This document shows positions 1 through 11,200 of a stretch of 60,719 nucleotides of DNA, piece by piece. The position numbers and the translations under genes were made by a program. The stretch is from the IMG/VR virus record IMGVR_UViG_3300033143_005582, positions 1 through 60,719 of that record. One strand, written 5' to 3'. Source of the stretch: a virus (lineage: Duplodnaviria > Caudoviricetes). The notes under the pieces are model-generated. The model had not been told where the DNA came from. It worked only from the letters and a program-made list of their open reading frames with translations, and ran no database searches. Within the stretch, counting starts at the first letter, position 1, and every line of letters starts with the position of its first letter.

Positions 1-114
1 GAAAAGAAATAATTAATGATGATGACGAAAAAATATTAACAGAAAAAGAAAAAAGGTCAGGTATAAAATTAGTTCTCATAACTGGTTTACAAGATGATAC
101 TCAAAAATTTTATA
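1..114 (+). repeat. Terminal direct repeat (circular assembly overlap), copy 1
   Basis: Identical to 60606-60719. Confidence 0.97.
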
Positions 115-284
115 AAACTTTTGAAACTTTATTATTAAGAAAAGGTATTTGTTATGCGGGAGAAAATGAATTTTCTGAAACAGATTTAGCAGTATTAGAT
201 TACAAAGATTTTAAAGAATTGATTGTAGAGTATATTGCAAATTTTTTTTATACTTGCTGGATGAAAGTTCTAAACGGGAATTAA
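1..284 (+). CDS. Tail assembly chaperone, 3' part (gene starts at 60398 and crosses the junction)
   Basis: Frame continues from ATG 60398 to TAA 282-284; lies between tube and tape measure genes. Confidence 0.8.
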   Translation, partial: KEIINDDDEKILTEKEKRSGIKLVLITGLQDDTQKFYKTFETLLLRKGICYAGENEFSETDLAVLDYKDFKELIVEYIANFFYTCWMKVLNGN

Positions 285-427
285 AGTTAGTGTTCGGAAG
301 ATTAATGAGATTTTGGCAAGGAATGACTATAGAATATTTAGAAAATATACCAATTCCCGAAGTTTATAATTTAATTAATATAGCTGATATAGTAAATAAA
401 GAAGAGGTAAAAGCAAATGGCGGGTAA
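242..427 (+). CDS. -1 frameshift extension of the tail assembly chaperone (G-T / gpE+E' type)
   Basis: T8 run at 242-249; -1 frame open to TAA 425-427 (LYLLDESSKRELKLVFGRLMRFWQGMTIEYLENIP...), overlapping the tape measure start. Confidence 0.75.
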   Translation, partial: FFLYLLDESSKRELKLVFGRLMRFWQGMTIEYLENIPIPEVYNLINIADIVNKEEVKANGG

Positions 428-1775
428 TTTCAATATATCATACATCATACAAATTATAGATAAAATGAGTCCTACACTTACTAAAATTTCAAGTAAATTA
501 AAAAATTTTAGTAATCATATAAAAAACTCAAGTAAAAATTTAAAAAATTTTGGTTCTTTGATGACATCAGTTGGACAAAAAGCAACAAGACTTGGTAGAA
601 GTTTAGCTTTAAGAGTTTCTATTCCTATGACTCTTTTAGGAAGAAGTATTTTAAAAGCTGGTATGGAAATGGAAAATATAAATACAGCTTTTACTGCCAT
701 GCTTGGAAGTACTGAAAAAGCAAAAAAAATGATAGAAGAACTTTGGGAAATGTCAACAAAGACAACTTTGTCTTTTAACCAACTTTCAAGAAGTTCCAAA
801 CTTTTATTAAATTTTGGTGTTGAAGCTAAAAAAATTACACCACTTTTAAAAATGTTAGGGGATATTTCTGATGGAAATTCACAAAGATTTAATGTATTGT
901 CTTATAATTTAGCACAAGTTGCCTCTCTTGGTAGATTAACAGGTATAGATTTAAAATCACTTAGATTATCAGGATTTACACCATTAAAAATTATTGCAGA
1001 TGAAACTGGTAAAACAGTAGCAGAACTTGAAAAAATAATGTCTCAAGGTGGAATAACTTTTGAACATGTTGCAAAAGCAATGAAAATTGCAACATCAGAA
1101 GGAGGAAGGTTTTTTAATCGTATGGAAATAATGAGTAAAACTACAGAAGGAAGATTAAATGCACTAAAAAAAGAAATTTCCGCACTTGCAATCACATTTG
1201 GCGAAGAAGCACTCCCATCACTAAAATCTTTTATAGAAATTTTATTTAAATTGACAAAAAAAATGAAGGGTTTGTCTCCTAAAACTAAAAAAATTATTCT
1301 TTATATAATAGCTTTTGGTGTTGTAATTGCTCCATTATTAATAATTTTAGGAAGTTTATTATCAGTATTAGGATTTTTATTTACTTCTTTAGGGGTATTA
1401 ACGACAATTTTAGCATTAGTTGCAACTGCAATTGTTGCATTACCTGTTTCTTGGTTAGTAGGTGGATTAATAGCATTACTTTTACTTATTAAACCAATAA
1501 AAAAGTTTTTTAGTTGGATTTTTAAGAAACTTGGATTAATTAAACAAAAGTCTGCTGAGTCTATGACTAAATTTCCTAATATGAAATTAGAAGATATTAA
1601 TTCAAGTTACAGACAAACTCTTGATAAATCAATGAATTTAAATTCAAATTCAAAAGTTGATATAGGTGGAATGTTTACTTTTGCGAATGCTCCAAAAGGT
1701 TCAGATTTTCAAATGACACCAATGCCAAAAAATTCTAATGCCAATTTGGGCTATAATATGAGTTATGCGAGGTAA
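417..1775 (+). CDS. Tail tape measure protein (short, 452 aa)
   Basis: Tape-measure core (AFTAMLGSTEKAK...LKMLGDIS...GGITFE), hydrophobic segment, synteny. Confidence 0.9.
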   Translation: MAGNFNISYIIQIIDKMSPTLTKISSKLKNFSNHIKNSSKNLKNFGSLMTSVGQKATRLGRSLALRVSIPMTLLGRSILKAGMEMENINTAFTAMLGSTEKAKKMIEELWEMSTKTTLSFNQLSRSSKLLLNFGVEAKKITPLLKMLGDISDGNSQRFNVLSYNLAQVASLGRLTGIDLKSLRLSGFTPLKIIADETGKTVAELEKIMSQGGITFEHVAKAMKIATSEGGRFFNRMEIMSKTTEGRLNALKKEISALAITFGEEALPSLKSFIEILFKLTKKMKGLSPKTKKIILYIIAFGVVIAPLLIILGSLLSVLGFLFTSLGVLTTILALVATAIVALPVSWLVGGLIALLLLIKPIKKFFSWIFKKLGLIKQKSAESMTKFPNMKLEDINSSYRQTLDKSMNLNSNSKVDIGGMFTFANAPKGSDFQMTPMPKNSNANLGYNMSYAR

Positions 1776-1777
1776 AA

Positions 1778-3001
1778 ATGGTTAGACAATCAAAATTATT
1801 TAATTTCGGTCAAGTAGTTCAAGGATCTTTTCGTGGTATAAAATTCTTTATTCAAAATGATAGTGGAAAAGATACGGGTAAAAATGTAGCTATACATAGA
1901 TATCCTAATTCAAGTAAAGTTTTTATTGAAGATTTAGGACAATTAAAAGACTCATTTTCTTTTGTTTGTTGGGTTAAAAATTTAAGGTCTTTTAATGATA
2001 GAGATGTGTTAGAAACAGCATTACTTAAAGAAGGAGCTGGAGAATTTATACATCCTTTTTGGGGTTCAAAAAATGTTATAGCTATTAGTCATAATATTAT
2101 AAATGAATATGGACGTTCTATTTTTACAATAGATTTTAAAGAAACTGATAATGCAGTACTTCCAATTCAAACTGATAAAAATAAGGGTTTTGTTAATTTT
2201 GTAAAAAATACTTTAAAATCTTTACAAGAAAGTAAATTTGGACAAGGATTACAAATTGTTAAAAAAGGTATAAATGTTTTTCAAAAAGAAGTTGAAAAAG
2301 TTAATGATGGATTAGATTTAATTCTAAGAAGTGCTAATAGTGTTGTTAATACAACAAACGAACTCGCTGATTTACAAAACGAAGTATTTGATGTTTTTAA
2401 TAATATAAATGTTTTAGTAAAAACTCCATCAGATTTAGCAACAAGATTTACAACAATATTTAATAATATGGAAGTTATAGGTGCAAGCAATGCGGATACC
2501 TATAATGCTTTAAAAGATTTATTTGGTTTTGGTAGTGATGATGAAGAATTAATTAATGAATCAACGAGTAATACAATAATTAATGAAAATAATAGAATAA
2601 CAAATAATTTAATTCGTGTTAATGCTTTATCTATTGCCTATACAACATCTTTAAATATTAAATACGAAAATAACGAACAATTAGAAAATGTGAGAAATAC
2701 TATTGAGAATGAATACCAAGATTTATTTGGACAACTTGACGAAGATACTTCAAATGAATTGAAATCATTACGAGCTAATGCTAATGCAGTTTTTGATGAT
2801 TTAGAACAAAATATTCCAAAAATATTCATTGAAAATTTTTTAAATCCTGAAAGTTTACATCAAATAGTTTATAATTATTATGGAAACTTTACTAATTCTG
2901 ATGATTTTGAAATACAATTTAATAAAATATTAAATTTAAATCCTCAAATAACTAACTATGAATTTGTAGAAGGGGAGGTGAAATTATTAACAAATGAATA
3001 A
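1778..3001 (+). CDS. Mu gp43-like DNA circulation / tail initiator protein
   Basis: N-terminal GSFRGIKF...HRYP...IEDLG...GAGEFIHPFWG; LysM-like C-terminus. Confidence 0.88.
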   Translation: MVRQSKLFNFGQVVQGSFRGIKFFIQNDSGKDTGKNVAIHRYPNSSKVFIEDLGQLKDSFSFVCWVKNLRSFNDRDVLETALLKEGAGEFIHPFWGSKNVIAISHNIINEYGRSIFTIDFKETDNAVLPIQTDKNKGFVNFVKNTLKSLQESKFGQGLQIVKKGINVFQKEVEKVNDGLDLILRSANSVVNTTNELADLQNEVFDVFNNINVLVKTPSDLATRFTTIFNNMEVIGASNADTYNALKDLFGFGSDDEELINESTSNTIINENNRITNNLIRVNALSIAYTTSLNIKYENNEQLENVRNTIENEYQDLFGQLDEDTSNELKSLRANANAVFDDLEQNIPKIFIENFLNPESLHQIVYNYYGNFTNSDDFEIQFNKILNLNPQITNYEFVEGEVKLLTNE

Positions 3002-4079
3002 TATTATATCAATTTTAGTCAATGGTATTAAATATACTGGTTGGACAGCAAATACAATTTTTAAAAGTTTAGAAACATTGAGTAATAGTTTTAATATTTC
3101 TTTAACTCCAAAATTTAAAAGTGATGGTTTTATAGATAATATCCCTATAGATGTTAATGATGAAATACAAGTTCTTATTGACAATGAACTCGTTATAAAT
3201 GGATTTATTGATTCTCGCAAAACTTCTTATAGTCATAATAAACATTCTATAAATATAACAGGAAGAAGTAGAATCTGTGATTTAGTAGATAGTGATTTAG
3301 TAGGAAATTTAAATTTAAATAAAGGTTATAGAGTATCAACTTTAATTCAAAAAATATTAAATAATTTAGGATTAACAAATATAAAAATATTTTTTGTAAA
3401 TGTTAGTGATGATATTTATGATGAAGATTTTAATTGTGGACGTGGAGAAAATGCATGGAAAGTTCTAAATGATTATTTACAAAAAAAAAGTATTTATGCT
3501 ATGACAGATGGTAATAGTGATATACTTTTATATAGAGGAAGTTTTGGGAATACTAATAAATCATTATTTCATACTAAAAATAAACCTGAATTGAACAATA
3601 TTTTAAGTGGAGTAGAAAATAAAAATAATATTGATAGATTTTATTCAATAAAAGTGATAAGTCAATTAGAGGCTAATATTTCAAGTGATAACTTTGAAAA
3701 TCAAACGGGAACTGCTTTTGATAAAAATATAAGAACTACAAGAAAAAGAGAAATTTTATCAAGAAATAGTTTAACAAGTAAAGAATGTTTAGATTTGGCA
3801 AAATTTGAAACTAATATTAGAAAAGCAAAAGGTTTTAGTTATGATTATACTATTTATGGATATAGACAAAGTGAAAATGGTTTATTATGGTCTACAAATT
3901 ATTTAATTGGAGTTAAAGATGATTATTTTTTTATTGATGATTATTTTTTAATAGAATCAGTTGAATTTACAAAAGATTTAAATGGAGGAAGTATAACTAA
4001 TTTAACTCTTGTTGATAAAAACTCTTATACTATACTTGAACCAAAAATAGAAAAAAGTACTAACCAATTAATTTTTTAA
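2994..4079 (+). CDS. Baseplate hub protein (Mu gpP/gp44-like)
   Basis: VNGIKYTGW, GFID, ITGRSRICDLVD, DRFYSI motifs; synteny. Confidence 0.88.
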   Translation: MNNIISILVNGIKYTGWTANTIFKSLETLSNSFNISLTPKFKSDGFIDNIPIDVNDEIQVLIDNELVINGFIDSRKTSYSHNKHSINITGRSRICDLVDSDLVGNLNLNKGYRVSTLIQKILNNLGLTNIKIFFVNVSDDIYDEDFNCGRGENAWKVLNDYLQKKSIYAMTDGNSDILLYRGSFGNTNKSLFHTKNKPELNNILSGVENKNNIDRFYSIKVISQLEANISSDNFENQTGTAFDKNIRTTRKREILSRNSLTSKECLDLAKFETNIRKAKGFSYDYTIYGYRQSENGLLWSTNYLIGVKDDYFFIDDYFLIESVEFTKDLNGGSITNLTLVDKNSYTILEPKIEKSTNQLIF

Positions 4080-4080
4080 A

Positions 4081-4524
4081 ATGATTCTTACTGCATTATT
4101 AAAACTTATAACAAATTTTGGAAAAGTTTTTCAAGTTTCTTATAATGGAAAAACTAAAAATAATATTAGGAATTTAAATTCTTATGGATTTTGGAGTAGT
4201 CCACCAAAAGGAAGTAAAGTTGTTTTAATTAGAGATTTTCATAGAAATTACTATGGAATTGCTTATAAAAATGATAAAATTCCTGAATTAAAAGAAGGTG
4301 AAACAATAATAGGTAATTTTAGTTTAGAATCATTTATTAAATTTAGTAAAACTGGAAAAATAAATATTTCTAATGAAAATCAAGATTTATTAACTTCTTT
4401 AACAGAACTAAAAACAGTTTTAAAAACATCAACATTTTCAGATAATACAACACCAGTTTTTGGAACTACAACTCAAACAGCTTTAGAAACATTTTTAACT
4501 AATTTAGAAAAATTATTGGAGTAA
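4081..4524 (+). CDS. Baseplate spike / assembly protein (Mu gp45-like)
   Basis: YGFWSSPPKGS and LKEGE motifs; synteny. Confidence 0.8.
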   Translation: MILTALLKLITNFGKVFQVSYNGKTKNNIRNLNSYGFWSSPPKGSKVVLIRDFHRNYYGIAYKNDKIPELKEGETIIGNFSLESFIKFSKTGKINISNENQDLLTSLTELKTVLKTSTFSDNTTPVFGTTTQTALETFLTNLEKLLE

Positions 4525-4526
4525 AT

Positions 4527-4988
4527 ATGGCAAATTTAGCATTTAAAAAAATAGGTGATAATAAATATCTTGATATTTATGTAGAAAATAAAAGTTTAGC
4601 TATTACAAAAGGTTTATGGTCTCAAGTTTTAATGTCTTTATTAAATGATAAAAGAGCAACAAATAGTCAAATTGTTATAAAAAAAGCACAAAGAGGGTGG
4701 CTTGGAAATCAAATTATTGGTGATATTCCTAATTATGAAATTGGTTCATGGTTATGGTTAGAAATAGAACAAAATGCTATTACTGAAAATGGACTTAAAA
4801 ATATTGAGAGATACTCTAAAGATTGCTTAAAATGGTTAGTAGATGATGGTTATTTGCAAGAAACAAAAACAGAAGTTTCTTCTGATACAAATGGTATTGT
4901 GTATTTAGATATTATTTTAATAATTAATCAAAATAATATTATTAAAAAAAGATTTAATCTTTGGATTGCTACATTTGAAGATTTATAG
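4527..4988 (+). CDS. Mu gp46-like baseplate protein
   Basis: VLMSLLNDKRA, RGWLG, IGSWLWL, LKWLVDDG. Confidence 0.87.
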   Translation: MANLAFKKIGDNKYLDIYVENKSLAITKGLWSQVLMSLLNDKRATNSQIVIKKAQRGWLGNQIIGDIPNYEIGSWLWLEIEQNAITENGLKNIERYSKDCLKWLVDDGYLQETKTEVSSDTNGIVYLDIILIINQNNIIKKRFNLWIATFEDL

Positions 4989-5005
4989 TTTGGAATTATT
5001 CCAAA
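4989..5005. promoter_or_regulatory. Palindrome TTTGGAAT-T-ATTCCAAA, candidate operator
   Basis: Intergenic; related palindrome and similar downstream sequence at 58189-58205. Confidence 0.45.
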
Positions 5006-5074
5006 ATTAAATTTGTTTATTGTATTAAAAATAATTATTTATCAAAATATTATTATAAATAATTATATTGTATA

Positions 5075-6397
5075 ATGGATTTTACAATTCCTACATTAAA
5101 AGAAATACAAACAAGGAATATTACAGATTTTATTCTTGCGTATAATACTGGTCGTCCTAATGATGAAAAAATAGACCCATCAATAAGAAATAATCCCGAG
5201 GGAGCTTTAGTCTACACTGAAAGTCAACAAGCAAATAGTTTATATAAACTTATTAAATTTGCAGTTAAACAATTATTTTTGGACACCGCAACAGGTTCAT
5301 TTTTAGATAGATTGGCATCAGCAATTGGTATAACAAGAAATCCAGCGACTTCTTCAATTGGAAATATAACGACTATTGGTACAACAATAACTAATATTCC
5401 AATAAATACTAACTTTCTTCGTGGGAGTGGATTACAATATAAAACTATTGCAAATTCAACAATAGTTAATCTATCTTTTTCTGTTTCAAGTATAACAAGA
5501 AGTGGGACTATTGTTTCAGTTACAACATCAGGAAATCATGGGTTAAGTCCAACAATGCCATTTACAATTGCTGGTGCAAATGAAACTGATTATAATGGTT
5601 CTTGGGAAGTTGAAAGTGTTGTAAGTGATACAGAATTTACATATTTAATTACAACAACCCCAGCAACCCCAGCAACAGGTACTATTTTAATGGATTATGA
5701 TGGTGTTTTTATAGAACTTGAAAGCATTGATAAAGGTCAAGATGTAAATGCTTTAGGTGGAAGTGAATTAACTTTAGAAACACCAATATCAGGTGTAGAA
5801 ACTTCTTTTGTACAATTTTCTGAATTAACAGGCGGAACAGATGAAGAAAACGATGAAGATTTTAGAGCAAGAGCAATTTTTAGAAAACAAAATCCGAATG
5901 TTGCTTTCAATGTTGCCGAAATAATAAATCAAGCAAAATTAGTAGCTGGTGTTACTCGTGTTTGGGTAGAAGAAATAACACCAGATATAGGACAAGTTAC
6001 AGTTTATTTCACACGAGATAATGATGATGATCAAATACCTTCCTCAAGTGAAGTTTCTGCAGTAAAAACAAGTATTTTATTAAAAAAATATGCTGTTACT
6101 GATAGTGATGATGTAATTGTTTCAGCACCAACTCCAATTTCAGTTCCAATTACATTTTCAAATTTAAGTCCGAATACAACAGAAATGCAAACTGCTATAA
6201 GTTTAAGTTTGGATGATTTTTTTAAAACAAAAACTAATATTGGTGAAAATATTTTAAAAACACAAATTGAAAGTATTATTTATCAAACTATTGATGATAG
6301 TGGAAATAGTCCAATATTTATTTTAACTGCTCCAGCGGGAGATACAGCAATAAGTACTGGGGAATTAGGAATTTTAGGAACGATAACTTATCCATGA
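5075..6397 (+). CDS. Baseplate J / Mu gp47-like wedge protein with an inserted beta-domain
   Basis: FLDTATGSFLD, LTGGTDEENDEDFRAR, VAGVTRVWV; insert at about aa 135-207. Confidence 0.92.
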   Translation: MDFTIPTLKEIQTRNITDFILAYNTGRPNDEKIDPSIRNNPEGALVYTESQQANSLYKLIKFAVKQLFLDTATGSFLDRLASAIGITRNPATSSIGNITTIGTTITNIPINTNFLRGSGLQYKTIANSTIVNLSFSVSSITRSGTIVSVTTSGNHGLSPTMPFTIAGANETDYNGSWEVESVVSDTEFTYLITTTPATPATGTILMDYDGVFIELESIDKGQDVNALGGSELTLETPISGVETSFVQFSELTGGTDEENDEDFRARAIFRKQNPNVAFNVAEIINQAKLVAGVTRVWVEEITPDIGQVTVYFTRDNDDDQIPSSSEVSAVKTSILLKKYAVTDSDDVIVSAPTPISVPITFSNLSPNTTEMQTAISLSLDDFFKTKTNIGENILKTQIESIIYQTIDDSGNSPIFILTAPAGDTAISTGELGILGTITYP

Positions 6398-6398
6398 T

Positions 6399-7004
6399 AT
6401 GAGTTTTTTAAAAACAAGAACAGAAAACCAAATTTTAGATAGTATAACTCAAAGTTTACCGCGTGGAAAATTATTTTTTGCTAAAAATATTGAAGGTTCT
6501 AATTTAAGAGATTTATTAAAAGGGTTGATTTATGAAATAGCAAGAATTGAAAATAAAATAAGTAAGGAAGCTTATGAACAATATTTTATAAACGAGGGAA
6601 ATGGTGGAATGCTAACTGATTGGGAACGTGAGTATGGTATTCCCGATAATTGTTTTAAAGTAGATGGTGTTAGTGAAGAAAACAGAATTAATAATGTTAT
6701 TATTAAATCAGGTTTAAATGAAGTTGTTACTGAAGATGATTATATTGATTTAGGAAGTTTATTAGGAATAAATTTAAGATTAGAACATATGTCTAATTTT
6801 TTGTTTCCTCCTTATGATGTTCCATTTTTTCCAGTAAATGAAACAACTTCAAGATTTGTTTTAATAATTTATGGGGACGATATAGTTGGAGGTTTTCCTC
6901 CTTACGATGTCCCGTTTTTACCAGTTGGTTTTTTTTCTATTGTTGAATGCTTATTTAACAAAATTAAACCAGCTAATGCAAAATATTTATATTTAAATAA
7001 TTAA
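6399..7004 (+). CDS. Mu gp48 / DUF2313-like baseplate wedge protein
   Basis: LPRG, LTDWEREYGIPDNC, ECLFNKIKPAN. Confidence 0.85.
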   Translation: MSFLKTRTENQILDSITQSLPRGKLFFAKNIEGSNLRDLLKGLIYEIARIENKISKEAYEQYFINEGNGGMLTDWEREYGIPDNCFKVDGVSEENRINNVIIKSGLNEVVTEDDYIDLGSLLGINLRLEHMSNFLFPPYDVPFFPVNETTSRFVLIIYGDDIVGGFPPYDVPFLPVGFFSIVECLFNKIKPANAKYLYLNN

Positions 7005-7015
7005 AGGAAATAGTT

Positions 7016-7873
7016 ATGGCAGGAAAATCAAGTGTTTTTATAGACAACTCAGCTCCAGCGGTTGACGATGATTGGTTAAATCTTAGACAAAATGAGGTTA
7101 AAAATTTAATTGAAGCTGGTGGATTAACTTTGAATGATGGGGTATCTAATCAAGAAGTAATAGCAATTTCAAATATTATTTCAAATTTAACCTATTATAC
7201 CGATAGTGGAATTGCTGATGCATATGTTTTAAGTATTGTTTCTCCAAATGTTTCTCCTGATAGATTAAGAACAGGTATGGTTATTCGTTGGAGAACTTCA
7301 AATTCTAATACAGGAGCGAGTACAATAAATGTCGTAGGATTGGGTCTTAAAGATGTTAAAAGACAAGATGGAACAACAGACCCTTTTGTTGGAGAAATTT
7401 CAGATTCAAAAGAGAATAAAGCGGTTTATGATGGAACTGTATTTAGATTATTAAATACAAATGTTTATCCAGCATTTTTGGCTTCAATGAGTGGAGATCA
7501 AGTTCCAACCAGTACAGTTCTTACAACTGTAGAATTTGATACTGAAGCTTTTGATATCGGAGGATATTTTAATAATGGTACTTATATATTTACGCCATTG
7601 GTCGTAGGAAAATATTATGTTACGTGTAATTTACATTTTGTAAGTGATGCAGTATTCTCTGCGGATTTGAATATATCAAAAAATGGTACTGCAGTTAAAA
7701 GGATAAGTCAGGCATCGCTCCCTGCAGGACAAATTGGTTTTTCAATTAGTGCAATTTTAGAAATGAATGGAACTACAGATACGATAGAAATTGAAGCACA
7801 AATAACTTCTGGAGGAACGATTCGTTTTGAAGCTGATTTTAGTGAATTTTCAGCATTTAAATTATTAGAATAA
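7016..7873 (+). CDS. Tail fibre with C1q-like C-terminal domain
   Basis: N-terminal DWLNLRQNEVKNLIEAGG; NTGASTINV; FDTEAFDIGGYFNNGTYIFTPLVVGKYYV. Confidence 0.8.
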   Translation: MAGKSSVFIDNSAPAVDDDWLNLRQNEVKNLIEAGGLTLNDGVSNQEVIAISNIISNLTYYTDSGIADAYVLSIVSPNVSPDRLRTGMVIRWRTSNSNTGASTINVVGLGLKDVKRQDGTTDPFVGEISDSKENKAVYDGTVFRLLNTNVYPAFLASMSGDQVPTSTVLTTVEFDTEAFDIGGYFNNGTYIFTPLVVGKYYVTCNLHFVSDAVFSADLNISKNGTAVKRISQASLPAGQIGFSISAILEMNGTTDTIEIEAQITSGGTIRFEADFSEFSAFKLLE

Positions 7874-7891
7874 TAAAAAAAAAGGAAAAAT

Positions 7892-8230
7892 ATGCCAAAT
7901 TATAAAGTAGAAAGATTAAAAAGAGCAATTGCAACAATAGCAATATCTACAACAAAAAGTAATGCTATTAATTGTTTAGGCAAAGTATTAGTTGGCTTAA
8001 TAATGCCATCAGCTTTTACAACATTATCACTTACATTTGAGGGTTCAATTAATGGAACTGATTTTTTCCCTCTTCGTAATTCATCAGGAAATCTTGTTAC
8101 TGTAACTCCAGTTGTAAGTACATTAATGGGATTAGCCTCCGCGGATTTTCAAATGTTTAGATATTTAAAAATTGTCGCCGCTTCTCAAGCGGCAGAAAGA
8201 GAAATAATTTGTATTTTGAGAGGAATGTAA
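7892..8230 (+). CDS. Small virion / tail-associated beta-sandwich protein
   Basis: LTFEGSINGTDFFPL...FRYLKIV pattern; position; RBS. Confidence 0.55.
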   Translation: MPNYKVERLKRAIATIAISTTKSNAINCLGKVLVGLIMPSAFTTLSLTFEGSINGTDFFPLRNSSGNLVTVTPVVSTLMGLASADFQMFRYLKIVAASQAAEREIICILRGM

Positions 8231-8246
8231 ATAATGGAATTAAATT

Positions 8247-11200
8247 ATGGATTTATTGCCGAGTTATTTAAGACAAGCAAAAACACAAGCTTTTGATCCT
8301 ACAATTAAAGGTGTTTTAAGTGCTATTTGGACTCAAGATGCAATAGATGAATTAACAGATTTAATAACAAATTTAGGAAACATAAATGTTAAACAAACTA
8401 TTTGGGAAGAAATCACGGCAAAAGGCATTGACAACACAGTCAACCAATTTCAAGGAAAAACGTCTGTTGACACAACGATATGGGATACTTCCCCGTACAA
8501 TTCTGAAGCTAAAAAAGTCAATGCGGGAGGATCTTATACTGGAGAAGACATTTTTACAGCGAGTGGCACGCATATTAAATCAATAATAGATGCCAACGGA
8601 GATTATTTATTATCAGGAATACCAAATCCTGCTCTTTATCCACGATATTCAATAGTTTATGTTAGAAAAGGTACAGCAAAAGAATTTGGAGAAGAAGGAA
8701 TCCCATCAAGTCAAATTTTAGAGACTATAGAAACATCGTCAATGGTTCGTGATGTAGAAAATGCAGAAGTAAGACCAAAAAATGTTGGTGATAATTTAAA
8801 CATGGAAACAGGGGGTTTTAAAGATTTCTTTGTTTCAATTGCGATAAAATTAGGAGAAGTTGGAGAAACCGCTTTTAATACAATCAAAAAATCAATTGTT
8901 GGGGCAGTTAATGAAAACAAACTTAAAAAAGAAGTGGCAATAGGAACTTGTCTTTTATGGGGTGGGGAATTAAGCATAAATGCAGGGGATAATACCAAAT
9001 TTGATATTGAGGCTGGTTCTGCTCAATTTGAAGATGATTATACTGACTCTGAAAATCCAACATCAACAATAATCAATTGGGAAAAGCAAATAGGAATTTC
9101 CGTTACAAATATATCTATACAGATAGCTACTAATATTTCAGTTAATAGTTCAGGGGTTTTTTTGCAAAATGCAAGCGGGGTTCCAATTGAAGATTTGAAA
9201 AAATTCCTCCCTCTTGGTACACTCATTCATGCAAATTTAACAAGCTTATCTGATGCCGTACCAGTTCCTATATGGGGTTCAAGTTTGATGCAGACAATAG
9301 GAAACATATACGGGTCGCTTGGTTTTTCCATTAATGAATTTGGAAATGAATACACTGCTAATGGTTCAAATTTAAATATTAATAAATCTGAGGGTATAAC
9401 GGGTTCTAATGGAATTAATTATGGAATTAATAAAGAAGATCCAAATAGGAAAATTTCTGATGACTTGGAAGCCCTTTACTTCTTTACTTTATATCCAAAT
9501 ACTCCTGTTCCTACATTGGCGTTTACAAATGCTGTACCTAATACACATTATGACCCAAACGGCGATGGAACTCTGGTAGAAATTCCAGAAGGTTTTTTTG
9601 CAACGCCTCGGTTTTATCACGAGCCAATATCGGGTATTACAGTAATGCAATATGCACAGTTTGTGTATGACTCGCTAAAAAAAGCGTCTACCTCTTGGGA
9701 GCAAGAAGTTTTTTTGAAGGATCCTTTAATAGAAAGATTGCCGTTAAGAACAGTATTGGCAATTCAAAAAAATTGTACAGAGTTAAATAATGCTGATTGT
9801 ACGAAGTTTATTCAATTAGGGATTCTGGGCGATAAAACTCTAAATATAGTTGATGGATTTTCAGATTTTGCTGAAAATATAGAAGACATAGACACTATGA
9901 CTTATCAGAGACAAGCAATCAGTTATTATGATTCTGGTGGTGTATTATATTCGGACATTGCAGCAGAATTTAATTTTGAAAGGGATGATATATCTTTTGT
10001 AAATGCTGATAGCTCTATTAATACAGCTGGTGGAGATTTTGATAATGATTCTATGATTGCAGGAGATAAAATTATTATCTCAGGTTCAACAAATAATAAT
10101 GGAATATTCACAATAGTTTCTGTTGCTACAGCAAAAATTATTGTAAGTGAAACAGTAATAGATGAAAGTGCTGGAGATGATATTAAAATTGAAACACCAG
10201 GAAAAGGAAATATAACTTTTGTAATTGGTCAAAGAGAATTTGTGTTAAATTGCAAAACTGGAATTGGAAGAAATGGAAGAGCAAGAATTACTTTAAATGA
10301 AGGAACTGATGAAAATCCACAAGAGAATTGGGGTTATGCAATAAGAAGTGGCAATGAGATGATTTTGCAACAGTCAGACTCAGAACAAACAAGCGGGTCT
10401 TTTTCTAATATGTTCTCGGCTTTAATTCCAAGTGTGGCTACCACGATTGCAAAAGGGTTTTACAATTCAAGAAGATGGACAGATACGAAAAATGTTGATG
10501 GAAAGGGTGTCATTTCAACTATATTATCTAAATTAAGAGACATAACACCATACAAATCTGGTTTAGGTGCGAATATCACAATTGACACCGGACCTTCTCC
10601 TGATAGTGTAGATTTTACAATTGAAGCTGGAATTGTAAGAGAAATTTATTTACAAAATATCACTGCAAAACAATTATCTATTGATGGAGCAATTATTGTT
10701 AATGATTTTGATGAAAAATATAGAGAAATTACAAATTTAAATGAAATAACTAAAGATTCAACTGGAGCTACTTTAAACAATAGATATTTTCAGATATTGT
10801 GTGGATTATCATTAAATGCTGATGGTTATCCTGATAGAATAGTAATTAAAGTTCCGAATGGAAGTTATGGAAATGCAGTAAATGCCTTTTATGATACAAA
10901 AGGTTTTATGGATACAAGTTTTCCAGCAGAATTCAAATCAGTTTATTTGGCTTTTGCAGGGGTATTCAAATTACAGGGTGGTACTCAAATTTCAAATGAA
11001 GCTCTTGCTTTTGGAGTAAATAATATTGATTTGAGAACAAGAGAACCCGGGGCTTCTTCAAGTGGAGCTGGAACCAGTGCAATTACTACTTTTTCTGATG
11101 GTGATTTTGCTTTATATAATAATGTAGATAGTACAAAAAGAATGGTTTGGGATTTGTCAAATGTTTCTACAGGACAAACAAGAACTATAACTATGACTGA

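Noticed and set aside
6823-6920. FPPYDVPF twice in the gp48-like protein, resembling an HA tag
   Set aside because: Short natural internal duplication; not YPYDVPDYA and no sign of engineering
1778-7004. Mu-like tail as a sign of a transposable phage, tailocin or secretion system
   Set aside because: No MuA/MuB recognised; complete head, packaging and DnaB-type replication genes are present
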